A DNA stretch of 64,000 nucleotides from an uncultured bacterium (GTDB lineage Bacteria; Verrucomicrobiota; Kiritimatiellia; PWTM01): positions 5,705 through 69,704 of the forward strand of contig CALLML010000029.1 in the NCBI GenBank assembly GCA_938005705.1, given 5' to 3'. Every line of letters begins with the position of its first letter. The first letter of the stretch is position 1. The notes beneath the pieces are model-generated. The model searched no databases and was not told where the DNA came from. It saw only the letters and a program-made list of their open reading frames with translations. Shown piece after piece: positions 29,682 through 39,370 of the stretch. Made by a program: the position numbers and the translations under genes.

Positions 29682-31205
29682 TCAAGCGTTCGCGTTGGCC
29701 AGGATCACGGGAACGATCATCACCGTCGGCCGGCTCTGGATGGCGATCTCGACCGGACAGCGCACCACCGGATCCACCACTTCACCGGCGTGCAGCGTGA
29801 AGGGGACGACACGGGGACCGGACATCACGGGGGGCAAGACCGTCACCGCCGCATTGGCCGGTTCCGCGCGCCATCCCGGCGGCACATGCCAGCGCAGCGA
29901 AAGGCAGGCGTGCGTTTTGTAGGTGTTGCGCAGGATGAAGCGGACGCTCTTCACCTCGCCGTTGCGGATGGCGGGCGCGCCTTGCGTCTGGACATCCACC
30001 GCGAAGAAATCGAAGCGATACCGCGCAACGTGCACCCGCTCGATCAGGTCCTGTCGAAGCGACTCGGGCGCGTACAAGTCAGCAATCGGATCGCGAGCCT
30101 TCTCGACTTCTGCTGGGGTTGAGAAGGGCACGTCCAGGGGCGGAGCGGTTTCGAGCACACGTCGCGCCATCCGCTCGGTGCGATCGGTCAGCGCATCCAC
30201 TGTTGCCGGAACCTGCGCGCCGAAAGGCCCCAATTCGCCGAGATTCAGGCTGATCGTCTTGATGCGGCGCCCGATGGGACTGATCCATTTTTGTGGAATC
30301 GCCGCGATTCCGCGCATCAGCCCGAAAACGGCTCCGGCGGTGGCTGCCGTGCAATCGGTGTCCTCTCCGCAATTGACGGCGGTTGTGACAACCCGCCCGA
30401 AGTCATCCTGACCCTCCAGCAGCGCCAGCACGGCCAGCGCGACGTTGGACGGCGCGTCGTATCCGATCCGCCCTTCGTGGAACCCTTTGGCCCGGTCTTC
30501 CGGGCTGGTGCGGTGGAGCAGGCCAAACAGGGTGGAACCGCGGTAGCCGCGGAGAATTTCATCGCGGGATTCCCGCCAGGATTTGCCCGCCGTATGGCAT
30601 TCGATCGCACACCGCACCGCACCGGCGACGCCGGATTCGGCGGGGACATAAGAGAGACCGATTTCGATTAGGCGGCGCAGATCATTGCAGACGAACGCGG
30701 CGCTTTCGAGGGCGGCGAAGAAAACCTCCCCCCATGTGCCTTCACCATCGCCGTGGTCCACGATCGCATCTTCGATGGCGTACTGTGCCGCGAGGTCGGG
30801 GCGGCCCGGCGCGAGACAAGCCCATATTTCCGAGCGGATGAACGCACCGCAACTGTGCCGAAACTCATTGCCGAACGTTCCGGACCATGGGGGCGGCAAC
30901 CCGCGGCGCAGGTTGATCTTGGCGGTGCCGTACTCGGACCAGTGCGGCGTGACGTAGAGGCACCAGTACTCGGCGAGCGTGTGGGCGTCCAGTCGAGGGC
31001 CCCGTTCCTCCATCGCGATCAGCCAGAGAAGCTGAAGGTCCAGATCGTCGTTGGGCAGCGGCTCGCCGCCAAGGTCCTGGGTGTAGAAAGAAACATCGTT
31101 GATTTGCCGGATAAATTCGAACGGAGCGCCCAGCGTGCCCCCAATATTCTTTCCCATCCAGCAACCCAAAACGCGGTCGTGATAACCAGTCGGAAGCGCG
31201 TTCAT
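29682..31205 (-). CDS. ADP-ribosylglycohydrolase family protein with about 180 aa C-terminal extension
   Basis: ARH core (GCWMGKNIGGTLGAPFE...GEDTDCTAATAGAVFG). In-frame ATG at MNALPTGY, complement 31203-31205. The C-terminal 180 aa (APPLDVPF...VEIAIQSRP) have no motif I recognise. Confidence 0.7.
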   Translation of the reverse strand: MNALPTGYHDRVLGCWMGKNIGGTLGAPFEFIRQINDVSFYTQDLGGEPLPNDDLDLQLLWLIAMEERGPRLDAHTLAEYWCLYVTPHWSEYGTAKINLRRGLPPPWSGTFGNEFRHSCGAFIRSEIWACLAPGRPDLAAQYAIEDAIVDHGDGEGTWGEVFFAALESAAFVCNDLRRLIEIGLSYVPAESGVAGAVRCAIECHTAGKSWRESRDEILRGYRGSTLFGLLHRTSPEDRAKGFHEGRIGYDAPSNVALAVLALLEGQDDFGRVVTTAVNCGEDTDCTAATAGAVFGLMRGIAAIPQKWISPIGRRIKTISLNLGELGPFGAQVPATVDALTDRTERMARRVLETAPPLDVPFSTPAEVEKARDPIADLYAPESLRQDLIERVHVARYRFDFFAVDVQTQGAPAIRNGEVKSVRFILRNTYKTHACLSLRWHVPPGWRAEPANAAVTVLPPVMSGPRVVPFTLHAGEVVDPVVRCPVEIAIQSRPTVMIVPVILANANA

Positions 31206-31284
31206 AATGTATGGAAAATAGTCCCACAGGAATCGAAAAGTCAATGCCGCCTGCCGGCGGGCGCGTCGATGGCGCTGTTGGGGA

Positions 31285-31650
31285 TGAGTGGTAAATACAG
31301 GCGCCGGCGAAGGGAGGCGAAAATCGTTTACCCCAACGACCCCGCGCCAATCGCCGGTTTTTCTCGCCGCTCCCTCCAAAAACATGCATTTTTTTTGGGC
31401 CTTGATGTGGGTATGTGTTGCGGTGCAATTCACGGACGGCGTGGAAGCCGTCCCTCCAACTCCATCACAGGCCCTTGGAGGGTCGGGTTCCCCCCCGACC
31501 ATACGGCTGGACTCTGGGCAAGGGGCCGGCCTCTCCAACCGAGATTCGGACCGCCCTTCTCCTGTTCTGCTGTTGGCTCATGTTCTTCGCTTTTCATGGC
31601 GTCTTCTCCGGTGCGTAGCCCAGATTTTTCCACACCCCCTCGACTATCGC
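31285..31650 (+). repeat. Non-coding structured repeat, copy B
   Basis: Shares cgaaaatcgtttaccccaacgaccccgcgccaatcgccggtttttc..., gggtatgtgttgcggt and a ggtcggg-loop-cccgaccatacggc hairpin with copy C. Confidence 0.45.
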
Positions 31651-31985
31651 AGGGGTCGCGAACTCTCCCCCCGTAAGGCGGAGTCCGGAACTCGAAGAAA
31701 AATCGACGAAGGGGGATGAGGTCTATCCCGAGGGAGCTATTCGGAGGCCGAAGCGACGGTTGGGGAGGCGGGAACCGAGGTTTTTTCCAATTACGGAGAT
31801 TTTCGCCCCTCTCCGCATCCAGACCCCTCCTCTCGCCCCTAAAAACAATCCACAGCGCAATCGTCTGCCGGCGGGCACCCGACCGCGGCGCTTTCGAATG
31901 GACAAAAGGAGCGCATCGTCATATTTTCGGTCTGCTGACGATCGCGCGTTCGCCGATATCCACGGCGGTCATGACGATTAAAGGT

Positions 31986-32071
31986 GGTGGGGTAGCGAAG
32001 TGGTTAAACGCAGCAGACTGTAAATCTGCCACCTATCGGTTTCGTTGGTTCGAATCCAACCCCCACCACCA
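31986..32071 (+). tRNA. tRNA-Tyr (anticodon GTA), class II with long variable arm, CCA encoded
   Basis: GGTGGGG acceptor pairs with CCCCACC. Anticodon stem GCAGA/TCTGC with loop CTGTAAA. T-arm GTTGGTTCGAATCCAAC. Confidence 0.85.
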
Positions 32072-32207
32072 TCTTTTGCCTGCGCCGTTCCGGCATCGTG
32101 CGCGCAAAAGTCCGGGGTTGACCGGAGCCGACCGGCCGGAAAAGCGGGCGTAGCGAACGGTCTGCCGGGCCGCCGGCCAACTTCAGAAACAACAGGAAAC
32201 CACGGCG

Positions 32208-32681
32208 GTGTCTTTGGAATGGATCATCATTGACGGCTACAGCCTGCTGTATCGCGCGCGCGAACGCGGGGTCGCCGCGGCGCCGACGCCAATGGAACGC
32301 GCGGCGCTGATCGCGCGGCTGGAAAGGTTATGTGGAAGTCTCGCGGTCCGTATTACGATCGTATTCGACGGGCGTGGAAAGGGCGGAGCCGACGAATTGT
32401 ACACCGGTCCCATCGAGGTGCTTTTCTCGCCGGCGGCGATGACGGCCGATTCGGTCATCGAGCGCCTGGTGCACGAGAGCAGCGATGTTGCGTCCATCAC
32501 CGTGGTCACCTCTGACCGCCGTGAACGGGAAACTGTGGAGGCCGCGGGCGCCCGCAGCCTTTCCTGCGGCGATTTTATCCTGTTGTGCGAGCGTGAAGAA
32601 AATCGGCGGGCCGTCGCTTCCGCCGCGGCGGCCCGGTGCGCGCGGCGGGCGACGCTGGGCGACCGCTTTCCGCCCGCCTGA
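32208..32681 (+). CDS. NYN-domain (YacP-like) protein
   Basis: IIDGYSLLY...ITIVFDG...VLFSP pattern typical of YacP/NYN ribonuclease-like proteins. Confidence 0.5.
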   Translation: MSLEWIIIDGYSLLYRARERGVAAAPTPMERAALIARLERLCGSLAVRITIVFDGRGKGGADELYTGPIEVLFSPAAMTADSVIERLVHESSDVASITVVTSDRRERETVEAAGARSLSCGDFILLCEREENRRAVASAAAARCARRATLGDRFPPA

Positions 32682-32723
32682 CGTCGCTCGGCGCGGAGGG
32701 TCTCTCGCGTTGGGGTTGTACCG

Positions 32724-33671
32724 TCATGGTGCGAAGAGCATCAGGGTAACCGTCAATGGTACGACCGACACGAGCGTGGAGAGTGCAATCACCGCTCCGG
32801 TCAGTCGTTCATCCACTCCGAGCGGTTTAGCCATAACGTACATGGAGACCGCGGTCGGGCAGGAAAGATAGACCAGTGCGATCAGCGTCTCCTCCGGTTT
32901 GAGGGCCATGGCGCGAGCCAGAAGCCAGCCCATGAAGGGGGAAAGGCTGGTCTTCAGGAGGGCCGCGGTCGTCGCCCAGCCCAGGTATTCCCGTCGGAGT
33001 CGGCCCACATCCATGGAAGCGCCCAGGGCTAGCAGGGCTATCGGCAGCGCCATATTGCCGATGATCCTCAGGGTGCGCGAAACGAATTCCGGCAGAGGAA
33101 GCCCGAACATCGCGACCAGACCTCCCGCGGCGCTGGAAAGAATCAACGGATTCAACGCGATGGAACGGAACATGGCGCCCCGCCCTCCCGCCGTTCCGCG
33201 GGTGAGTCCTCGGCAGATCAGCACGCAGGCGACGTTGTACACAAGCACGATGGGCGCGAGGCACAGTGCCGCGGTCGCCCCCCAGGAAATGCCCTCCGGC
33301 GAAGCCGGCGGCAATGTGTAGAGCACGATGGGGAGGCCGACATAGGCGATGTTGCCCCGAAACGCGCACGAGATCACGGCTCCCGCGCGCGCCGACGGGA
33401 GCCGGCGCAAACGCGTCAGCAACACGGCGAATAATGTGGTCGTGATTGCCGCGCCCAGCATCACGAGGATCGTCGGGCCGGCCTGGCTTCCGCGCAGAGA
33501 CGCCTCCGCGACTTCGCGGAACAATAGCGCCGGCAGACCGATGTAATATGTCAGACGGTTGGCGTCGCGAAAAAACTCTTCCGCATAGTGACCCCGGCGC
33601 CCCAGCCACGCGCCGAGCGCAGCGACCAGCATAATAGGCAAAATTATGGAAACCGCATTCATGTTCGCCAC
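32724..33671 (-). CDS. AEC (auxin efflux carrier) family membrane transporter
   Basis: 315 aa. About 10 transmembrane helices. N-terminal ILPIMLVAALGAWLGR and conserved GLPALLF region. Confidence 0.65.
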   Translation of the reverse strand: MANMNAVSIILPIMLVAALGAWLGRRGHYAEEFFRDANRLTYYIGLPALLFREVAEASLRGSQAGPTILVMLGAAITTTLFAVLLTRLRRLPSARAGAVISCAFRGNIAYVGLPIVLYTLPPASPEGISWGATAALCLAPIVLVYNVACVLICRGLTRGTAGGRGAMFRSIALNPLILSSAAGGLVAMFGLPLPEFVSRTLRIIGNMALPIALLALGASMDVGRLRREYLGWATTAALLKTSLSPFMGWLLARAMALKPEETLIALVYLSCPTAVSMYVMAKPLGVDERLTGAVIALSTLVSVVPLTVTLMLFAP

Positions 33672-33715
33672 CTCTCACGGATATCGCCCCGCCCAATGGT
33701 CCGGCCCTGTATATG

Positions 33716-35110
33716 TTACGGACCCTTTTCAGGAATGGTGGACCTCCGAGAGTGGGGAGGATTCGGCTTCGCGGGTTCCACCGCGGAAGGCGTTGTTCGA
33801 TGGCGCGGGAGAGAGAGCGAACCGTCGAAAAACTCGATCACGTGGCCCTTGTCCACCAGCCAGCGCAGGTGGTTCAGCAGAGCGCGCACGTCCGGATCAT
33901 CGGCCGTGCGTTCGGGAAAAAGAGTGCTTACCATTTGTTCGCGCGTGCAGCCGGGGTGGGCAGCCAGATGGTTCAGTGCGGCACGGATGGGCGGGATGGC
34001 GCGGTCAGAGTCCAGGGGTGAAGGCGCCACGGCGGTGACGAACGTATGAATCTCGTCCGCCTTGAACAAGTGAAATCCCATATGGCGCAGCGCCGGACGC
34101 AAGGCAAACATGAGCGTTGCGGGGAATCGGTTTTCACGCGCCCACGCTTCGCGGACCTTTTCCTGAAGCGCAGCGTCTTCCAGCTCCAGTGCGAGCGAGG
34201 CGGGTAGGATGGCCCGCGAGACATGATGCACAACCTCGGACCCTGCTTTATCCAAAATCCAGGCGCGAACATCGGTCCACGTCCGCGGCGGCGCTTCGGG
34301 CGTTTCCCGGTTGTAGTACAGCGTCGCCCGGGCGGCCTCACGTTTCCATTGCTCGATCAGTTCGGGATCCCGCACGGTTTCCAACCGCGCCCGATATTCT
34401 TCCATCGACATCTCCGGGGCCTCGGCATCTCGCGCCCGCCGGAGGTTTTCCGCGAACAAATGGTGATTGGGCGGCCCAATCAGACGCCCGCTGGTCCGTG
34501 AGCGCACGATGCACGGGAATTGACCCGAAGGCGGCTGGAGCTCTGTCTCGCGCGCTTCGAACCAGCGATCGGCATGATGGGCAACGACGTGATCCAGCGC
34601 CGCTTCACGGTCCAGAAAAACAGCCTGACAAATCTGGCACTGATATAGGGAAGGCGCGTCGGGGACGGACCGTCGGCTCTCTATTTTTACCTGGCAAAAG
34701 TCCGGACGCTTCAAAAACAAATGCGCCACTTCAGACAGCGGGTACGCACGCCGCGTCGCATGCATGCGGTGGACGACCACCCCGAGCTGTCTGCGCTCGG
34801 GGATAAAATGGATATCAACGGCCGCCTCCCGGCGCTCGGACACCGTCGACGGCGACGGACGTTCCGCCGCTTGCGCCTCTCGACGGACCGCGGGCCGGCG
34901 ATCGGAGCGGGGACGTCGTCGGGGTTCGTAATCGCGGCCCGGTCGCAACTCGGGCTCGTCTTTTTCCTGTGCGAAGCGGCTTTCCGCGTAGCGGGTTTCC
35001 GTCGCGGGTCGGCGCGCCCAGGTCGGAATAAAATCGAGGTCGAGCATCGCCTCCGCGACCGGGGGCTCTGGGTTCATATCCGTTTCGCTTTCTAGTTCCA
35101 TGGGAATCAT
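33716..35110 (-). CDS. Hypothetical protein with a single C2H2-like zinc-finger motif. Start uncertain.
   Basis: CQICQAVFLDREAALDHVVAHH motif. The track ORF runs to 35596, but the N-terminal 160 residues (FIFAFLYLHVPRFIFFVDFP...) look non-coding. Candidate starts are MVRF, MIPMELE or MELE near 35100-35130. Confidence 0.4.
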   Translation of the reverse strand: MIPMELESETDMNPEPPVAEAMLDLDFIPTWARRPATETRYAESRFAQEKDEPELRPGRDYEPRRRPRSDRRPAVRREAQAAERPSPSTVSERREAAVDIHFIPERRQLGVVVHRMHATRRAYPLSEVAHLFLKRPDFCQVKIESRRSVPDAPSLYQCQICQAVFLDREAALDHVVAHHADRWFEARETELQPPSGQFPCIVRSRTSGRLIGPPNHHLFAENLRRARDAEAPEMSMEEYRARLETVRDPELIEQWKREAARATLYYNRETPEAPPRTWTDVRAWILDKAGSEVVHHVSRAILPASLALELEDAALQEKVREAWARENRFPATLMFALRPALRHMGFHLFKADEIHTFVTAVAPSPLDSDRAIPPIRAALNHLAAHPGCTREQMVSTLFPERTADDPDVRALLNHLRWLVDKGHVIEFFDGSLSLPRHRTTPSAVEPAKPNPPHSRRSTIPEKGP

Positions 35111-35459
35111 ACGCGCGAAGCGCACCATTCGAGCAACACAACACACAAACGCATTTTTCCCCGCGAGTAAAGCGGAAAGAGCAGGCGGCGTCTCCGGGAA
35201 TTCGCCGACCGCCATTCCTCGCATCACGGAGTTTTTGAGCCTCTCCAATACCATCCCACCCGCTAAACCTTCTGTCACGTCATAGAAATCAAACGGGTAA
35301 ATTCGGGCTGTCCCCAGCTCGACGGACAACCGTTGACCCGGGCCGGCGGGGAAGAGGTCCAATATTTCACCTGTGAGACTGTTCCGCGAATGGAATTGCT
35401 CTTCGCGCAGGAGAAGAGGAAAATGTTGCGTGGCGGGGAGGAGCCAGAGCGAATCCAGG

Positions 35460-35477
35460 TTTCCAAGCCTTGGAAAA
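35460..35477. promoter_or_regulatory. 18-bp near-palindrome TTTCCAAGCCTTGGAAAA, copy 2
   Basis: Identical to 27755..27772. 67 bp upstream of the NUDIX gene ATG. Confidence 0.3.
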
Positions 35478-35543
35478 AGGGACCGGACCGGGAAGTCCAC
35501 AAAAAAAATAAAACGGGGGACGTGGAGATAGAGGAAAGCAAAG

Positions 35544-36062
35544 ATGAAATGGGATGAGGTGAACTGGGATGCGTGGACGCCATGCTGGCGCGCCACGCTG
35601 CTGTTTGTCGTGCGCGACGACCAAATCCTCCTGATTCACAAGAAACGAGGCCTTGGGGCCGGTAAGATCAATGCGCCGGGTGGCCGCATCGAGCCGGGCG
35701 AAACGCTGCTGGAGGCCGCCATACGCGAAGTTCGTGAGGAGCTGCGGATCACGCCGCGCACCCCTGAAGAGCGGGGCCACCTGCGCTTTCAGTTCACGGA
35801 CGGTCTTTCCATCGAAGTGCATGTGTTTCGGTCCGATAGTTGCGACGGCGAGCCCGCGGAAACGGACGAGGCCGCGCCGCTATGGGTTCCCACGGATGCC
35901 GTTCCCTACGATCGAATGTGGGAGGATGATCGCGTCTGGCTGCCGCATTTTCTGGCGGGTAAATTCTTTCGCGGGCGTTTTCTTTTCGACGGCGACTGCA
36001 TGAAGACACACGCGTTGACGGTGTTCGACAGTTTCGATGCGTGGCGCGCGTCCGGCGAATGA
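35544..36062 (+). CDS. NUDIX hydrolase (MutT-like)
   Basis: Nudix box GGRIEPGETLLEAAIREVREELRI. GAGGAAAG ribosome-binding site upstream. Confidence 0.7.
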   Translation: MKWDEVNWDAWTPCWRATLLFVVRDDQILLIHKKRGLGAGKINAPGGRIEPGETLLEAAIREVREELRITPRTPEERGHLRFQFTDGLSIEVHVFRSDSCDGEPAETDEAAPLWVPTDAVPYDRMWEDDRVWLPHFLAGKFFRGRFLFDGDCMKTHALTVFDSFDAWRASGE

Positions 36063-36080
36063 ACAACAACAGGAGGTCCC

Positions 36081-37355
36081 ATGAAGACGCCAGAGGAGCC
36101 GTCCGCATCGTCTCGCGCCGCCGGCGCAGAATCGGCCGATGCCGCCTCCACGGCCATCGGCCGCAACATCGTGCTCGTGGGGATGACGTCGCTATTCACC
36201 GACATTTCCACCGAAATGGTCTATCCCCTCTACCAAGCCTTCGTGAGCTGGATCCTTACGGCTCAGAAGGCGCTGGTGGGGCCCGTGCTGGGCGTCATCG
36301 AAGGTATCGCGGAATCCACCGCGGCCTTGACGAAAGTGGCTGCGGGCTACCACTCGGACCGCATCCGCAATCGCAAACGCATGGCCATCGGGGGATACGG
36401 GCTGTCCGCGCTGGCGCGACTGCTGCTGTTTCTCGCGTCCCTCGGCTGGCCGATTTTGCTCCTGGCCCGATTTCTCGATCGCGTCGGCAAAGGCATCCGC
36501 ACGGCGCCGCGCGACGCGTTGATTGCCGAATCCGCCGCCACATCGGCGCGAGGGCGCGCTTATGGTTTGCATCGGGCCATGGATTTCGCCGGCGCCACCC
36601 TCGGCGCGTTGCTCGCCTGGGCGGTCTGCCTGCGCTTTCTAGACCCCCACACCGGTAACTTGTCGAGCCTGCGCGCGTTTTATATTCTGTTCAGCCTTTC
36701 GTTTTTGCCCGCCATCGTCGGGCTTCTTTTTTTGCTGCCCGTGCGAGAGGCGTGCGCGAGCCCGCCGCTGGCCGATCGCCCTCATCCGCGCCCCGACCTG
36801 AATCTCCGTCATTACGACCGGCGGCTGCGGCGGTTTTTCCTGGCGCAGTTCATTTTCACGCTTGGCAACTCGTCGAACCAGTTTTTGCTGCTCCGCAGCC
36901 GATCGCTAGGCATGACGCTTTCGACGACCATCCTGATGTACATCGTTTTCAATCTGACGACCACCCTGCTATCCGCCGCGTTCGGATCGCTGTCGGACCG
37001 CATAGGCCGCCGGAAATTGCTGACGGCGGGCTACGGGCTTTACGCCGTCGTGTATGCGGCCTTCGGCCTTTTGCCGGCGAACCGCGCCCTGGGGCTCTGG
37101 CTGTTATGGCCGCTGTACGGCGTGTACTACGCGATGACCGAAGGCGTGGAGAAGGCGCTCGTGGCGGAGCTCGCCCCTGCGGAATCGCGGGCGACCGCGC
37201 TGGGCATGTACCAGACCATTGTCGGACTGGGCCTTTTGCCGGCCAGCGTGATCGCGGGTCTGCTTTTCCGCACCCACGTCGGCGCACCGTTCGTTTTCGG
37301 CGGCGTCCTTGCGCTCGTCGCCGCTGCGCTTGTCGCGAGAGGCGTGCGGAATTGA
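36081..37355 (+). CDS. MFS transporter
   Basis: 12 transmembrane segment topology. DRIGRRK MFS motif in the loop between transmembrane segments 8 and 9. Confidence 0.7.
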   Translation: MKTPEEPSASSRAAGAESADAASTAIGRNIVLVGMTSLFTDISTEMVYPLYQAFVSWILTAQKALVGPVLGVIEGIAESTAALTKVAAGYHSDRIRNRKRMAIGGYGLSALARLLLFLASLGWPILLLARFLDRVGKGIRTAPRDALIAESAATSARGRAYGLHRAMDFAGATLGALLAWAVCLRFLDPHTGNLSSLRAFYILFSLSFLPAIVGLLFLLPVREACASPPLADRPHPRPDLNLRHYDRRLRRFFLAQFIFTLGNSSNQFLLLRSRSLGMTLSTTILMYIVFNLTTTLLSAAFGSLSDRIGRRKLLTAGYGLYAVVYAAFGLLPANRALGLWLLWPLYGVYYAMTEGVEKALVAELAPAESRATALGMYQTIVGLGLLPASVIAGLLFRTHVGAPFVFGGVLALVAAALVARGVRN

Positions 37356-37546
37356 GGTGAGCCGATTCCACCTGCCCGCACGGCTCCGGACAAGGCGAAG
37401 GGGGGGAATGTTGCCCCCTTGTGCACGCGCTCGTCTTTGTCGCTCCATCTCCCGGCGCCATCGGCCCGGATTCTACTCGACCTGAGGATAACCCGCGGTA
37501 TCATGAACGGCTATTTTCGGTGTGGGCGAACACAGGAGTGTGCACC

Positions 37547-38026
37547 ATGAATGAGCTGCTCAGATTGTTAATGATCAATGCGCGGGAGTCGGTAGAAAAT
37601 CTGGCGAAGATGCTGGACCGCACGCCGGATGAAGTCCGCGCCGAGATCGCTGATCTTGAGAAGCGCGGTATTATCCGGGGCTATCAGGCCATCCTGAACG
37701 AGGACGCTTTGGGCAACGACCGTGTCATGGCGATCATCGAGGTCAAGGTGACGCCGGAGCGCGAGGGTGGATTCAACCACGTGGCGATGCGAGCGAGCCG
37801 TTTCCCGGAAGTCGTCTCGGCACATCTGGTGTCAGGGCAGGCGGACCTGTTGCTCTTCGTCGAGGGCCGTACCTTGAAGGAAGTGGCGACGTTCGTCAGC
37901 GAGAAACTGGCGCCATTGCCCGGCGTGACGGCCACGACGACCTCGTTTTTACTGAAGACCTACAAGAAACACGGCGTTTTGATGGAAACCCCCGATGAGT
38001 ATGAACGCATCCAGGTCAGCCCTTGA
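37547..38026 (+). CDS. Lrp/AsnC family transcriptional regulator
   Basis: HTH ENLAKMLDRTPDEVRAEIADLEKRGIIRGY plus RAM domain (VMAIIEVKV...VSGQADLLLFVEGRTLKE). ATG at 37547 preceded by AGGAGTG. Confidence 0.7.
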   Translation: MNELLRLLMINARESVENLAKMLDRTPDEVRAEIADLEKRGIIRGYQAILNEDALGNDRVMAIIEVKVTPEREGGFNHVAMRASRFPEVVSAHLVSGQADLLLFVEGRTLKEVATFVSEKLAPLPGVTATTTSFLLKTYKKHGVLMETPDEYERIQVSP

Positions 38027-39182
38027 TTGCGTCGCGCATCACGTGCGCAACGTGCCGCGTTCCGGCATCCGGGATTTCTTCGACATCGTCAGCACGATGC
38101 GCGATGTCATCAGCCTGGGCGTCGGAGAGCCTGATTTTGACACGCCCTGGCATGTGCGAGAGGCCGCGGTGTTCGCGCTGGAACGCGGCGCCACACATTA
38201 CACATCGAATCTGGGACTTCTGAAGCTGCGGCAGGCGATCGCGCGATATGTGAAATCGTTTTTCGGTGTGGAGTACGATCCGGAGAGCGAGATTCTCGTC
38301 ACCGTGGGCGTCAGCGAGGCGATGGACCTCGCCGTTCGCGCACTGGTCAATCCCGGCGACGAAGTGCTCTATCACGAACCCTGCTATGTGTCCTATCGGC
38401 CGCTGGTGACGTTCGCCCACGGGACGCCTGTCGCTGTGGAGACGCGGATGGAGGAGGGATTCCGCCTCACGCGCTCCATGCTGGAACAACGCGCAAGCCA
38501 TCGGACGCGTCTCCTGATCCTAAATTTCCCCAATAATCCGACCGGCGCCGCGCTGAGGGAACAGGAGGTGCGGGAGATCGCGGCTTTCGCGATCGATCGT
38601 GACCTGCTGGTGCTCAGCGACGAGATTTACTCGGAGCTGACCTACGGGCGACGCCACATTTCGTTGCTGTCGCAACCCGGTATGCGAGAGCGCACCATTT
38701 TGCTGCACGGGTTTTCGAAGGCCTTTGCCATGACCGGATTCCGCCTCGGTTATGCATGCGGCCCGGCGGAGCTGATCGAGGCGATGATGAAGATTCATCA
38801 GTACACGATGCTCTGCGCTCCGGTACTCAGTCAGGAGGCGGCCATCGAGGCGCTGAAACAGCCAGATCGTGACGTGGCGGAGATGAGGGAGGAATACGAT
38901 CGCCGGCGGCGATTCATCGCGGCCAGTTTTCGCGAGATGGACCTGCCGTTCGTGATGCCGGAGGGTGCCTTTTACGCCTTCCCGTGTGTCGCCGGCCTCG
39001 GCCTGCCTTCGAAAGAATTCGTCCTGCGCCTGCTAAAAGAGGAGAAAGTCGCAGCGGTGCACGGCACGGCGTTCGGGGCGTGCGGCGAGGGCCATATCCG
39101 CTGCTCCTACGCCACCGCGATGGAGGACATCAAAGAAGCCATGGCGCGAATGGCTCGATTCATCGAGCGACTGCAAAAATAA
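37995..39182 (+). CDS. PLP-dependent aminotransferase, class I/II (aspartate aminotransferase-like)
   Basis: GVGEPDFDTP, NNPTGA and SKAFAMTGFRLGY (PLP lysine) motifs. Overlaps the Lrp gene end. Confidence 0.8.
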   Translation: MSMNASRSALDCVAHHVRNVPRSGIRDFFDIVSTMRDVISLGVGEPDFDTPWHVREAAVFALERGATHYTSNLGLLKLRQAIARYVKSFFGVEYDPESEILVTVGVSEAMDLAVRALVNPGDEVLYHEPCYVSYRPLVTFAHGTPVAVETRMEEGFRLTRSMLEQRASHRTRLLILNFPNNPTGAALREQEVREIAAFAIDRDLLVLSDEIYSELTYGRRHISLLSQPGMRERTILLHGFSKAFAMTGFRLGYACGPAELIEAMMKIHQYTMLCAPVLSQEAAIEALKQPDRDVAEMREEYDRRRRFIAASFREMDLPFVMPEGAFYAFPCVAGLGLPSKEFVLRLLKEEKVAAVHGTAFGACGEGHIRCSYATAMEDIKEAMARMARFIERLQK

Positions 39183-39370
39183 TCATTTTCAAGAATATTC
39201 AAGCAGGGTTGAGGAGAACCGCCTTTGCTGTTTCTGAAGTGGCCTCCGGTTGATGCGCCCGCATCCGCGCCCATGACCATCGCCGATGAGTTGTCACCTC
39301 CGGGTCTGATTCCATTTTTGTCCATTTTCGCCGGCCAAGGCGCCTCGGCGAACATTGAGCTATAAAACGG

